Of a stretch of 64,000 bases of DNA, positions 10,154 to 20,268 are shown piece after piece. The stretch covers positions 35,369 to 99,368 of the forward strand of contig CAVSWT010000032.1 of assembly GCA_963731745.1 (NCBI GenBank), in the 5' to 3' direction. How positions within the stretch are numbered: position 1 is the stretch's first letter; each line of letters opens with the position of its first letter. The notes beneath the pieces were generated by a model. That model made no database searches. It saw only the letters and a program-made list of their open reading frames with translations, and was not told the DNA's origin. Made by a program: the position numbers and the translations under genes. The stretch is from an uncultured Ignavibacteriales bacterium. GTDB taxonomy: Bacteria; Bacteroidota; Ignavibacteria; Ignavibacteriales; Ignavibacteriaceae.

Positions 10154-11458
10154 TTAAAACTTATTAAAAGTTAAAAATCCTATCTTCGTAGGATATGCTG
10201 AACTATTATAATACACCCGATAATTATTATCTGTTTTTATCAAGCAAGGGGAAATTGGACGTGAAGTCCAGTTATTTGCTGAATTTTTACCAGTAAAAAA
10301 AGGATTGTCATTATCTTTTTTCCAATGAATACCATCTATAGAAGTAGCTTTGCCAAACCCCATATCATAATCTGAATAGTTCATGTATATCATTTTAAAT
10401 ATACCAGATTCATAAATTACTGAAACTGAAAAAGTTCCTGTCCCCTCCCAATTTTCTGTGGCATAAAGAATTGGATTTCCTTGGTATTTATTCCAACGTA
10501 TTCCATCTACAGAAGTTGCTAAACCTTCACGGAAGCCACTTGATATTGAATATCCATGGTAATACATGTAATAAATACTGTCTCTTTTGACTAAAGAATT
10601 TGAATTGATACTATTTTCCCATCCACTTCCGTAGCTAATAACAGGTGAAGGATATCTCTCCCAATGTATACCATCTGTTGAAGTCGCTAAACCAATTTGT
10701 CCTTGTTGATGAGCCTCGATAGCTCCACTATAATACATTTTATATACACCATTTTCCTTGATTACAGGTCCAGACGATACATATCCCTCATCCCAACTTC
10801 CTTCAATATAACTTGGTTCAAGAACTGGTTCTTCGCTTATTTTCTTCCATGAAATTCCATCATTGGACTCTGCATATCCTACTGATCCCACTCCACTATT
10901 CTCCAGATTTTTGTACCACATTTTGTAGGTACCATTCTCAATTAATAATCTGGGATATTGTACGCCTTGAATTCCATAATTTGATCCAGAATTTGTGAGC
11001 ACAGGATTATTTATATAATCTGTCCAGGTATAACTAGGTGACTCTCCCCAGGAAACAAAAATATAGACACTGCCAGTTCCATTTGCTGTCGGCACTAAAG
11101 TTAAATTAATTTCTGTTAAAATATTAGCTTTGACATTTACATCACTCTCTCCTGTATAAATTACGATGCTATCTTTATTTATTGCATCTACCTTTAAATG
11201 CCATGCCCCGGCAGCAATTGATTGAAAAGAGATATCGGCAGTTGAATCTGAAAGTAAATTCAGGGAACTAATTAAAGTTTCGAAATTGTCTCTGGTTAAA
11301 TAAGCTATTACGGCAACTACATCGGATGGTGCATTTAATTTGTCAATCTTAAATAAAATACTTCCACTTGAAGAATCAGATGAAGTTACGATGGTATCTT
11401 TTGAGCAGCCAAATGATAATAATATTAAAATAATATATAATACGATCGAAACTTTCAT
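10154..11458 (-). CDS. Lipoprotein: N-terminal Ig-like domain plus five-bladed beta-propeller glycoside-hydrolase-like domain (GH43/GH130-like), paralog 1
   Basis: Lipobox LLSFGC. Five repeats of the blade pattern ..YKMWY.G ... G.A.S.DGI.W.K...NP... The ATG at 11458 (MKVS...) is preferred over the track start. Confidence 0.7.
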   Translation of the reverse strand: MKVSIVLYIILILLSFGCSKDTIVTSSDSSSGSILFKIDKLNAPSDVVAVIAYLTRDNFETLISSLNLLSDSTADISFQSIAAGAWHLKVDAINKDSIVIYTGESDVNVKANILTEINLTLVPTANGTGSVYIFVSWGESPSYTWTDYINNPVLTNSGSNYGIQGVQYPRLLIENGTYKMWYKNLENSGVGSVGYAESNDGISWKKISEEPVLEPSYIEGSWDEGYVSSGPVIKENGVYKMYYSGAIEAHQQGQIGLATSTDGIHWERYPSPVISYGSGWENSINSNSLVKRDSIYYMYYHGYSISSGFREGLATSVDGIRWNKYQGNPILYATENWEGTGTFSVSVIYESGIFKMIYMNYSDYDMGFGKATSIDGIHWKKDNDNPFFTGKNSANNWTSRPISPCLIKTDNNYRVYYNSSAYPTKIGFLTFNKF

Positions 11459-11553
11459 TATTCTACCCCACAAAATGTTTATTTTTAGTTATAATTTTAA
11501 TTTTTTATCAAATTATAATTCTGTTTATTATTCTAATATTATCAACAAAAAAT

Positions 11554-12867
11554 CTAATTTAATTTTCTAGTCACACAGATCGACCAATTTGAATTATTGA
11601 AATCAATTCCGGTATAATAAATCCTGCTTTCATTATCAATTTTAATAAAGGATGGAAAGGAAATCTTTAACCAATTATTATTACAATCCGCTGTGCTAAA
11701 AAATGGATTACTTGAATTTTTTACCCAATTAAAGCCATCTTTAGAAAAAGCAAACCCAAATCCTGTATTTGATTGAGTTTGTTGCACTGAACCTTGATAA
11801 ACCATCTCAAACTGATCATTCTCATAAATTACAGAAGGAAAGCCAACACCACTTCCCTCCCAAGTTTTATCATAAGTCATAATAGGGTTACCTGAATATC
11901 TTTCCCAATTATATCCATCTTGAGAAGTTGCTACTCCGATTTTACAGTTGTACCCTAAACCGCCTGTATAGAATAAATAATAAATTCCATTTCTCTTCAC
12001 GATAGATTGAGGCCTTATAGCATAATCCCAATCCTTACCACTCAAAACTGGATTGCCATTATATTTTTCCCAATGAATTCCATCAGAAGATGTAGCTAAT
12101 CCAACTGGCCAAATTCCGTATTGATCTTTCCATCCTGAATAATACATTTTATAAATGCCATTTTCCTTTATCACTGGTCCTGGAGCAACATGATGGGAAT
12201 CCCACTCACTTTGAGTATCAGGATATAAAATAGGATATTCACTATATTTTATCCACGTTAATCCATCTGCAGAATAAGCATAATATCCGTAAGCTGAACC
12301 ATTTGCACCTATGCCAGCATACCACATTTTATATTCATTGTCTTCCATTAGTATAAAACTTGATCCAACTCCATATTCGTCATAAGTTGAACTATCTTTA
12401 GTAACAATGGGATTATTTATGAAGTCAGTCCAATTAGATTTTTGATCCTCCCAAGAGACATAAATATATACACTGCCGGTGCCGCTACCTGTTGGTGTTA
12501 ATATCAAGTGCACCTCTTTTAATACATTCTCTTCGATATTTATGTCGCTCTCTCCAGTATAAAGTGTAATACTATCTTTATTTATTGCATCAACTTTTAA
12601 ATGCCATGCTCCTATTGGAATTGATTGAAACGAAATATCTGCTGTTGAATCCGATAATAAATTTAAATAGCCTGTAAACGTTTCATAATTTTCTCTCGAT
12701 AAATAAGCAATTACTGCAACCACATCAGCAGGTGCATTTGTTTTGTCAATTTTAAATGAAACGCTACCATTTGAAGAATCAGTATTTGAAGAAACAACAT
12801 TAGTTTTGGAACAACCAACTACCAAAAGTAATAGTAGAATATTGTAGATTATAATTGATGATTTCAT
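11554..12867 (-). CDS. Lipoprotein: Ig-like plus five-bladed beta-propeller GH-like domain, paralog 2
   Basis: Lipobox LLVVGC. Colinear with paralog 1; shared blocks include APxDVVAVIAYL, LNLLSDSTADISFQSI, AWHLKVDAINKDS and GLATSxDGIHWE. Confidence 0.7.
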   Translation of the reverse strand: MKSSIIIYNILLLLLVVGCSKTNVVSSNTDSSNGSVSFKIDKTNAPADVVAVIAYLSRENYETFTGYLNLLSDSTADISFQSIPIGAWHLKVDAINKDSITLYTGESDINIEENVLKEVHLILTPTGSGTGSVYIYVSWEDQKSNWTDFINNPIVTKDSSTYDEYGVGSSFILMEDNEYKMWYAGIGANGSAYGYYAYSADGLTWIKYSEYPILYPDTQSEWDSHHVAPGPVIKENGIYKMYYSGWKDQYGIWPVGLATSSDGIHWEKYNGNPVLSGKDWDYAIRPQSIVKRNGIYYLFYTGGLGYNCKIGVATSQDGYNWERYSGNPIMTYDKTWEGSGVGFPSVIYENDQFEMVYQGSVQQTQSNTGFGFAFSKDGFNWVKNSSNPFFSTADCNNNWLKISFPSFIKIDNESRIYYTGIDFNNSNWSICVTRKLN

Positions 12868-12927
12868 AGGTTTATGCCTTATTTAATTGGCTTAAAAAAT
12901 CTAATAAAATTATAAAAATAAACATGC

Positions 12928-14228
12928 TTATTTATATATCATACCTATTGCTTGATCATAACCATTCATGTTACCGGTGTAATAAATTCTGTACTGCCCA
13001 TTAATCTTTCTCCAGTTGGGATAAGCAATTTTGTTACACCAATTATTATGTACATTTCCTAATACAAAAATTGGATTTTTAGAATCTTTGGACCAATGAA
13101 TGCCATCTGCTGAATAGGCTATACCAAATCCGTTTGCTAAGGCATTCATAAAAACCATTTTGTATTGATTGTCATCATAAATTACCGACGCGTTCGCCAC
13201 TCCCATTGACTCCCAAATTTTATCAGCCTTTAAAATTGGATTTCCCTCAAATTTAAAAAAATGAACTCCATCCTCAGAAATTGCTAACCTAATATCATAT
13301 ACCGGATAATTTCTTGAACTATAATAAAGTAAATATTTGTTATTAACTTTAATAATATCTGTTGGACCAATCTGATATTCAGAGGAGTCAGCATACAAAA
13401 CAGGAGTAGAATATTTTTCCCATTTTATTCCATCTTGTGAAGTAGCTAATCCAATGTTCCACTTACCATATTGATCGGAGAATCCCAAATAATACATTTT
13501 ATATTCATTAGCATCTTTAATTATGGCACCGCTTTGAACATGAAGAAAATCCCACGAATTATTCAATCCATATTCAATTGAAGGAATATTATAATTGGCT
13601 TTCCAATATATACCGTTTGAAGATTCAGCGTACCAAATATCTGAAATTGCGGAATTATATAAATTTGTATACCACATTTTGTATTTGCCATTTTCAAATA
13701 ATACTTTGGAATGAAGTATACTGTTAGCTGAATTAGGACTTTGGGAAACAGTAAAAATTGGATTTCCAGGATAATCAGTCCATGAAATATTTTGTGAATT
13801 TCCCCAAGTAACGTAAATGTATACGTTTCCGGTATTGCTGCCATTATTCGTGGGAATTAAAGCTAAACTTATTTGAGTTAAAATATTTTCCTGAACTAAT
13901 ACATCGCTCTCTCCAGAATAAATCACAACACTATCTTTATCGATAGCATCAACTTTTAAATACCATGTGCCGATCGGAATGGATTGAAATGAAATATCTG
14001 CTGTTGAATCTGATAATAAATTTAAATAGCCATGTAAACGTTTCATAATTTTCTCTATTGAAGATAGGCAATAACTGCAACTACATCAGAAGGTGCATTT
14101 GCTTTATCTATACTAAATGATATGCTCCCATGGGAATTATCAGTATTGGATGAGATAATATTATCCTTAGAACAACCCATTGCTAATATTAACATTAGGA
14201 AAAAGGATAGAACAATTGAAGATTTCAT
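12928..14228 (-). pseudogene. Paralog 3 of the beta-propeller lipoprotein, split by two 1-nt insertions near codon 57
   Basis: The 5' fragment 14228..14055 encodes MKSSIVLSFFLMLILAMGCSKDNIISSNTDNSHGSISFSIDKANAPSDVVAVIAYLQ*. The body (12928..14046) resumes at ..GYLNLLSDSTADISFQSIPIG in another frame. DNA alignment to paralog 2 shows CTTCAATAGAGAAAATTATG versus TTATCGAGAGAAAATTATG, and ACATGGC versus ACAGGC. Confidence 0.65.
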
Positions 14229-14373
14229 AGATGAGCCTCCCTTTTGAAAGAATTGCTTTTAATCAATAACCTTTAAAAAAATTACTAATAATTAAGAACC
14301 AGAAAATATTTTTTCAGCCACTTTGAGTTAACTTTTGGAAATTATTTTGATAATTCATTTATTGCATTTGATA

Positions 14374-16713
14374 TTATTTTAGAAGTAACATTTTTTTAAC
14401 GGTGCTATATGATTCTGAACCATCTGTTGGATTAGCGAGCAATGAATAAAAATAAATTCCAGAAGCCAAATTACTTCCATCCCATTTAAATTGATGAGTC
14501 CCTTTTACTTGAGCATTAAGATTGAAACTATTAATTACCTGTCCCAAAACGTTAAAAATTGTAATCTTAACTCTGCTTTCTTTTAATAACGAAAATGAAA
14601 TCATTGTTGTAGGATTAAATGGATTGGGATAATTTTGAAACAATTCAAAATGATTTATAGTCTTCTCATTTTTTTTGATTCCTGTAATCACTGTTTGTTG
14701 ATCACCGGTTCTTTGATTGTTTCCTAAATAAGTTGGCCATTCTAAATTGATAGTTGAAGTCTTTTCATCAGTAGTATTTGATATAATTTTCATGACATAG
14801 ACAGATCCGTAAGTAGTACTGGCAAGCAATAAATTATTTTTTGTTACCAAAGTCGGAGCTGATACGGGACCGTCTGTTTTCAAATACCATTTTACAGAAC
14901 CCTCAGTACTGAATGCAAAAATATATCCGGCATCATTCCCAACAAATATTGAAGAGCCATCTGGTGAAATTGAAGCTGTGCTTTTTATTGATGCCTTGGT
15001 ATTATACTTCCAAATTAAATCTCCAGTCTTAGAGATTGAATAAAAATATCCATCACTTGAACCAATAAAAATTTGACCATTCTCACCAATTATCGGCGCT
15101 GAATAAACTCCACCGTTCGTATCAAATTTCCATAGGAATTCGCCATCTTCATTTAATTTATAAATTGTCCCATCTTTCGATCCAATTACAACATTATGAT
15201 CCGTACCAATAGCAGGAGAAGCTACTATTTCATCTGAAGTCAAATATTTCCAAAGTGAATCGCCATCAACTGAAACACAGTAAATCCTTTTATCTTTACT
15301 TCCAAAGTATACCCTGCCATTATTGCTAATAACCGGCGACGCCACCAACTCATCACCTGTCTGAAAACTCCATTTAATTTTACCATCATAGGTTAATGCA
15401 AAGAGTCTTCCAGTAGTTAATCCAACTAGAATTTCATTGTTTTTATAAAATGTAGGGGAAGATACAACAACACCGCCCATTGCTATATCCCAGTTAGGCT
15501 CACCATGACTATTAAATGAATATAATCTGGTATCTGAAGAAGTAACAAATATATTGTTTCCATCACTTACGGTTACTGTGGACTGAATATCTCCTCCGGT
15601 TAAAAAAGTCCACTTAATATTTCCTAAAGAATCGAATTGATAAACTCTATCATCAGCTGAACTAATAAAAAAAGTATTTTCATCTAATTCACTTATTGCA
15701 GAATATATTGGTCCCTTTGTATAAAGTTTTGCTGCGTAAACTGAGATTAAACTAGAGTCAGTGCTAACAGCGCCAGAATCATTTCTAACAGTCAAAGTAA
15801 GATATTGACTACCAGTTGGCAGACTAACTGTTGGGTTAATTCCACTAGCCAAAGTATCTAGTCCAACAGACCAAGTATAAGATAAATTTTCACCAGTGCT
15901 TAAGCTAGCATCAACTTGATTGGTTGCAATTCCAGAAAATGAATCATCTATCCAAACACTCTGAGCATTTATAATTGCATGAACTGTATTATTTGGAAAC
16001 CATTCGGCTCCATATATAATCCCGTTATTTCCATTACCACTAATATCGTGGATAATGTTTCCTTCGCCTTCAGTCATTGGCCAATACGCAACTAAACCCT
16101 GTTCATTTTGCGGGAAAAGAGTTTTATTCATTTTTTCCTGAATTTCTGCTTGACTTAATGCCCTATTCCAAAGTTGGAAGTCCTCTAAGTATCCAAAAAA
16201 GGTAAATGGATTAGACCAAGGATAAGTCCCAATCAATAGGCTATTATTATCTGGTTTAATATATCCAGTTGCAGTTAAAGCACTTTCTAAATTTCCATTT
16301 ATATAAAGTTTAAAGTTGCTATCTGGAAGATTACTTTCGTAAGTGAGCGCAATATGATACCATTTATTGATTTCTATACTGCTTTGAGAGTATATATGAG
16401 TATAATCATCTAAAAATAATGTCCCTCTAATTTTATTATCCTCAGTTGTTTTTATTCCATAATAGTTTTGCCAAACGTCACCGCGCCATAAAACAGTCTG
16501 GCCTCCTATCTCTTTTGTTTTCATCCAAATTTGAATTGTAATCGAAGTTTCGGGTGTGAATAAAATACTATTTTTGCAATCGACTCTACTATCTATACCA
16601 TTAAAAAAGAGACAAGTTTTTGAAGGCTGTGCAAAAGATGATACGCTCAATAAAAAATTTGTAATAAGAATTATTATAAAGCTAATTAAAGGTTTGCTCC
16701 CATTTGCTTTCAT
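14374..16713 (-). CDS. Secreted LamG/ConA-like lectin domain plus Ig-like domain plus PQQ-type beta-propeller repeats, with a T9SS C-terminal sorting domain
   Basis: Signal peptide. N-terminal LamG-like region (LFFNGIDSRVDC...FKLYINGNL..LSQAEI). Repeated G.I.W.F/Y...G.I.SSP/SAP blades (PQQ/BamB-like). C-terminus FELFQNYPNPFNPTTMISFSL...SGIYFYSL matches a T9SS CTD. The ATG at 16713 is preferred over the TTG at 16746. Confidence 0.75.
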   Translation of the reverse strand: MKANGSKPLISFIIILITNFLLSVSSFAQPSKTCLFFNGIDSRVDCKNSILFTPETSITIQIWMKTKEIGGQTVLWRGDVWQNYYGIKTTEDNKIRGTLFLDDYTHIYSQSSIEINKWYHIALTYESNLPDSNFKLYINGNLESALTATGYIKPDNNSLLIGTYPWSNPFTFFGYLEDFQLWNRALSQAEIQEKMNKTLFPQNEQGLVAYWPMTEGEGNIIHDISGNGNNGIIYGAEWFPNNTVHAIINAQSVWIDDSFSGIATNQVDASLSTGENLSYTWSVGLDTLASGINPTVSLPTGSQYLTLTVRNDSGAVSTDSSLISVYAAKLYTKGPIYSAISELDENTFFISSADDRVYQFDSLGNIKWTFLTGGDIQSTVTVSDGNNIFVTSSDTRLYSFNSHGEPNWDIAMGGVVVSSPTFYKNNEILVGLTTGRLFALTYDGKIKWSFQTGDELVASPVISNNGRVYFGSKDKRIYCVSVDGDSLWKYLTSDEIVASPAIGTDHNVVIGSKDGTIYKLNEDGEFLWKFDTNGGVYSAPIIGENGQIFIGSSDGYFYSISKTGDLIWKYNTKASIKSTASISPDGSSIFVGNDAGYIFAFSTEGSVKWYLKTDGPVSAPTLVTKNNLLLASTTYGSVYVMKIISNTTDEKTSTINLEWPTYLGNNQRTGDQQTVITGIKKNEKTINHFELFQNYPNPFNPTTMISFSLLKESRVKITIFNVLGQVINSFNLNAQVKGTHQFKWDGSNLASGIYFYSLLANPTDGSESYSTVKKMLLLK

Positions 16714-16780
16714 TTTAGCCCCTAAAATTTTATTGAACAACAACAATTTAATTCATTTAGTAATTTACAGCAAGAAAAAT

Positions 16781-18058
16781 TTATTTATTTATTTTAGAAT
16801 TACTTAGCGCAATGTTGTAAAGATCCAAATAACTTTCACCAATAATTTCCGGAGAGTTATTTTTTATTATATTATTTCTAGCGTTCGTAGATAAATCATT
16901 CCACTTTCCCTTATTATCAATCATCCATTTAATGCCGGTCATCAGAAGCTCAGAGTTCTTAGATTCAACTAAGTATCCATTCGTTAAATGATTTATCATA
17001 TCTGGCATTCCACCAATATTAAAAGCAATAACTGGTAATCCACAAGCAAGCGATTCCATAACCGTATTTGGATAATTATCTTCTAGTGAAGAAGAAACAA
17101 AAAAATCTGCAGCATTGTAAAATGCAACCATTTTTGCATCTGATTCTATTCTTCCGCAAAAATTAAATTTAATAGGAATTCCGGATTGCATTGATTCATC
17201 TGCACGCCCAAATACAACGATTTCAGACATATCTTTATACTCAGGATGATTAGAAATTAGTTTAATTATACTTTCCTTAAAATATTTAAATCCTTTCCGT
17301 TCGTCTTTAATGTTCATTGAACCAAAAAGGATTAACAGTTTATCTAATGGTAAATTTAATCTATTTCTTGATTCAGTTTTATCCAATTGTTTAAATAGAC
17401 TTAAATCTATTGAATAAGGAATTACATTAATATTTAAATCATTAAATAATGCACTATTTTTTGCACAATTTTTAAGCCAGTGGCTTGGGGAAACGATATT
17501 TAACTTTAATTTATCAAATATGCGTTTTTTACTTTTCCAAATTTTAAAGGAGTTATCATTAGGAGAAGAATTTTTCAAGTATGGACAACAATTACATTGG
17601 GTTATATATCTTTTACAATCATTTGCGTAATGGCATCCGCCAGTAAATGGCCACATATCATGAAGCGTCCAAAATATTGGTTTATTCAACACACTCAATT
17701 GTTCTATACTTTTTAAGGATAAAAAGCCTTCATTTATCCAATGGAAATGAAGTAAATCTGCATCTTCAATTAAATTATAACTGGATATGTCAATTCCTAC
17801 CTTTCCAAAAGAGAACCTTCCCAATTTCGTATTAGTGAATAAATACATCGGCAGTAAATCATAATAAATTCTTCTATTCGTTAAAGCATTTGAAAGCCAA
17901 GAATCAGAAATACCAAAAACATTTTTATCTAACCCAAATTTTCTCTGAACAAGCATCTTAGCTTCCACATCTACAGTATCTAATGATTTAAATATCCCAT
18001 ACCCAGCCCGGGCAGCTCCGCCTCTAATATCCGTATGGCTAACATGCACAACTTTCAT
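16781..18058 (-). CDS. Glycosyltransferase family 4-like
   Basis: 425 aa. MKVVHVSHTDIRGGAARA at the N-terminus and a GT-B C-terminal motif SSLEDNYPNTVMESLACGLPVIAFNIGGMPDMI. Confidence 0.8.
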   Translation of the reverse strand: MKVVHVSHTDIRGGAARAGYGIFKSLDTVDVEAKMLVQRKFGLDKNVFGISDSWLSNALTNRRIYYDLLPMYLFTNTKLGRFSFGKVGIDISSYNLIEDADLLHFHWINEGFLSLKSIEQLSVLNKPIFWTLHDMWPFTGGCHYANDCKRYITQCNCCPYLKNSSPNDNSFKIWKSKKRIFDKLKLNIVSPSHWLKNCAKNSALFNDLNINVIPYSIDLSLFKQLDKTESRNRLNLPLDKLLILFGSMNIKDERKGFKYFKESIIKLISNHPEYKDMSEIVVFGRADESMQSGIPIKFNFCGRIESDAKMVAFYNAADFFVSSSLEDNYPNTVMESLACGLPVIAFNIGGMPDMINHLTNGYLVESKNSELLMTGIKWMIDNKGKWNDLSTNARNNIIKNNSPEIIGESYLDLYNIALSNSKINK

Positions 18059-18780
18059 AAAACTTTTTTTGTAAATATTATATTATCGTTATAAAGATTT
18101 TTATTATTCGGTAAAATTGCGGAAACAATCAAACCGATGATTGTAAAAGGTGAAATAAAAATAAAATTAATTAACAAATTTAAATACTTATTTTTTGTAT
18201 ATAATTTATAAAAGAGGTATAGATTCCAAAACTGAAAAACTGTTTCGAGAAATTTTGTGCTTTTTTCTATTTCAATTACTTTGAATCCATTTTTTTCTAA
18301 TAGATATTTTATACCGAAACTTGAGTATCTTCCAAAATCAAAAGGCTGCTCATGTTCGTCCCAGGCAAATGGAACAGCAAACAATGCATTACCACCTTTT
18401 TTCATTACTCTATTTATTTCTGTTAAAATTTTTTCTAATTCAAAAATGTGCTCAAAAACTTCACTGCTAAAAACTGAATCAAATGATTCATCTTTAAAAG
18501 GTAAAATTTTACCATCATAGTAAATGTCTATTTCTTCCTTTTCATGCGGATGTCCGTGATCAATTACATCAACGCCTATATATTTTTCAACATCAAATAA
18601 ATTTTTATACGGCTTTGAACCACTGCCAAAATCCAGCAAAGTTCCGCTTAACCTATTCGAAAATTTATTTATTCCTTTGAACAATCCTCTTCTTATAAAG
18701 AAGAAAGGATTAATAAAAACACCTATGAATCCAGGATTAAAAGTTTGCTTTATATATATGGAGAGAAATTTATTTAACAA
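18055..18780 (-). CDS. Class I SAM-dependent methyltransferase (copy 1)
   Basis: Motif I LLDFGSGSKPY and SSEVFEHI (Methyltransf_11-like). Its stop overlaps the start of the downstream GT gene (ATGA). Confidence 0.8.
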   Translation of the reverse strand: MLNKFLSIYIKQTFNPGFIGVFINPFFFIRRGLFKGINKFSNRLSGTLLDFGSGSKPYKNLFDVEKYIGVDVIDHGHPHEKEEIDIYYDGKILPFKDESFDSVFSSEVFEHIFELEKILTEINRVMKKGGNALFAVPFAWDEHEQPFDFGRYSSFGIKYLLEKNGFKVIEIEKSTKFLETVFQFWNLYLFYKLYTKNKYLNLLINFIFISPFTIIGLIVSAILPNNKNLYNDNIIFTKKVL

Positions 18781-19387
18781 ATTCTTTATCTTCTTTGTAT
18801 GCGAAAATATTAAGTTGTAAATCCATTGAAGGTGTAATTGCGCTGGATCTATTTATGAAAGGTTTTGTTTTGTGATCATCTGATTTTATGAAATATCTAA
18901 AGTCATTTAAAGTTAAAACCTTCAGAATCTTATCAAGATGTTGCTTTGCGTTGATAAATGAATGATATTCAATAAAAATATTATCTGCTTTTTTTAGACT
19001 AGCTCCGCAATCTTCTATTACTTCAACTTCCGCACCTTCGATATCCATTTTTAGAAAATCTATTTTAGCTTCCTTGTCCAATAATTCTTTCAGTCTTACT
19101 GATTCTACTTTGGTTTTATTAGTGTTGCTATAAATGGATCCGGAGTCAGCACCTTCTGCGCCAAATTGAATTCCATCTTTATTAATCCAGATTGCTTTTG
19201 AAAATACCTCAATGTTATTAATTGAATTACTTTTCAAATTATTTTTTAAAATTTCTGCAATTGATGCATCAGCTTCGAAAGCTTTAATCCTTGCATGCGG
19301 AAAATATTTATTAAAAAAGATACAACTTGTGCCAACATTTGCACCGCAATCATAAATTATTGGTGAATTCGAAATCGTTTCAAACAT
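18770..19387 (-). CDS. FkbM-family methyltransferase, 5'-truncated duplicate copy
   Basis: IIYDCGANVGTSCIFF ... FLKMDIEGAEVEV matches the FkbM signature. The duplication junction removes the first ~17 codons of the full-length gene (21082..21033). The 52 codons after that are retained at 19388..19544 but have no start codon. Translation could begin only at the internal Met at 19387. Confidence 0.6.
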   Translation of the reverse strand: MFETISNSPIIYDCGANVGTSCIFFNKYFPHARIKAFEADASIAEILKNNLKSNSINNIEVFSKAIWINKDGIQFGAEGADSGSIYSNTNKTKVESVRLKELLDKEAKIDFLKMDIEGAEVEVIEDCGASLKKADNIFIEYHSFINAKQHLDKILKVLTLNDFRYFIKSDDHKTKPFINRSSAITPSMDLQLNIFAYKEDKEFVK

Positions 19388-19449
19388 GTAATACTGTTTA
19401 ACAAAAATTTCTTTAAACTGAAATATGAAAGAAAGACAATCTTGAACTT

Positions 19450-20268
19450 CTATATTATATTGTAGAAATTTAATTGTCTGTTTCTTATTGCGAACAGTTC
19501 GTCCATATTTAAAAAGAAGACGTACAAATTCTCTATAATATTTAATAAAACTTTTTTTGTAAATATTATATTATCGTTATAAAGATTTTTATTATTCGGT
19601 AAAATTGCGGAAACAATCAAACCGATGATTGTAAAAGGTGAAATAAAAATAAAATTAATTAACAAATTTAAATACTTATTTTTTGTATATAATTTATAAA
19701 AGAGGTATAGATTCCAAAACTGAAAAACTGTTTCGAGAAATTTTGTGCTTTTTTCTATTTCAATTACTTTGAATCCATTTTTTTCTAATAGATATTTTAT
19801 ACCGAAACTTGAGTATCTTCCAAAATCAAAAGGCTGCTCATGTTCGTCCCAGGCAAATGGAACAGCAAACAATGCATTACCACCTTTTTTCATTACTCTA
19901 TTTATTTCTGTTAAAATTTTTTCTAATTCAAAAATGTGCTCAAAAACTTCACTGCTAAAAACTGAATCAAATGATTCATCTTTAAAAGGTAAAATTTTAC
20001 CATCATAGTAAATGTCTATTTCTTCCTTTTCATGCGGATGTCCGTGATCAATTACATCAACGCCTATATATTTTTCAACATCAAATAAATTTTTATACGG
20101 CTTTGAACCACTGCCAAAATCCAGCAAAGTTCCGCTTAACCTATTCGAAAATTTATTTATTCCTTTGAACAATCCTCTTCTTATAAAGAAGAAAGGATTA
20201 ATAAAAACACCTATGAATCCAGGATTAAAAGTTTGCTTTATATATATGGAGAGAAATTTATTTAACAA
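19450..20268 (-). CDS. Class I SAM-dependent methyltransferase (copy 2) with a 31-aa read-through tail created by the duplication junction
   Basis: The first 241 aa are identical to copy 1. The native TGA is replaced at the junction (19543-19545 reads tta on the coding strand), which adds LNIIENLYVFFLNMDELFAIRNRQLNFYNII. Confidence 0.7.
   Translation of the reverse strand: MLNKFLSIYIKQTFNPGFIGVFINPFFFIRRGLFKGINKFSNRLSGTLLDFGSGSKPYKNLFDVEKYIGVDVIDHGHPHEKEEIDIYYDGKILPFKDESFDSVFSSEVFEHIFELEKILTEINRVMKKGGNALFAVPFAWDEHEQPFDFGRYSSFGIKYLLEKNGFKVIEIEKSTKFLETVFQFWNLYLFYKLYTKNKYLNLLINFIFISPFTIIGLIVSAILPNNKNLYNDNIIFTKKVLLNIIENLYVFFLNMDELFAIRNRQLNFYNII

Noticed and set aside
18257-20008. Two identical 87-aa plus-strand ORFs (18257..18520 and 19745..20008).
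   Set aside because: They are identical only because they lie inside the duplicated unit, antisense to the SAM methyltransferase. They are not independent genes.
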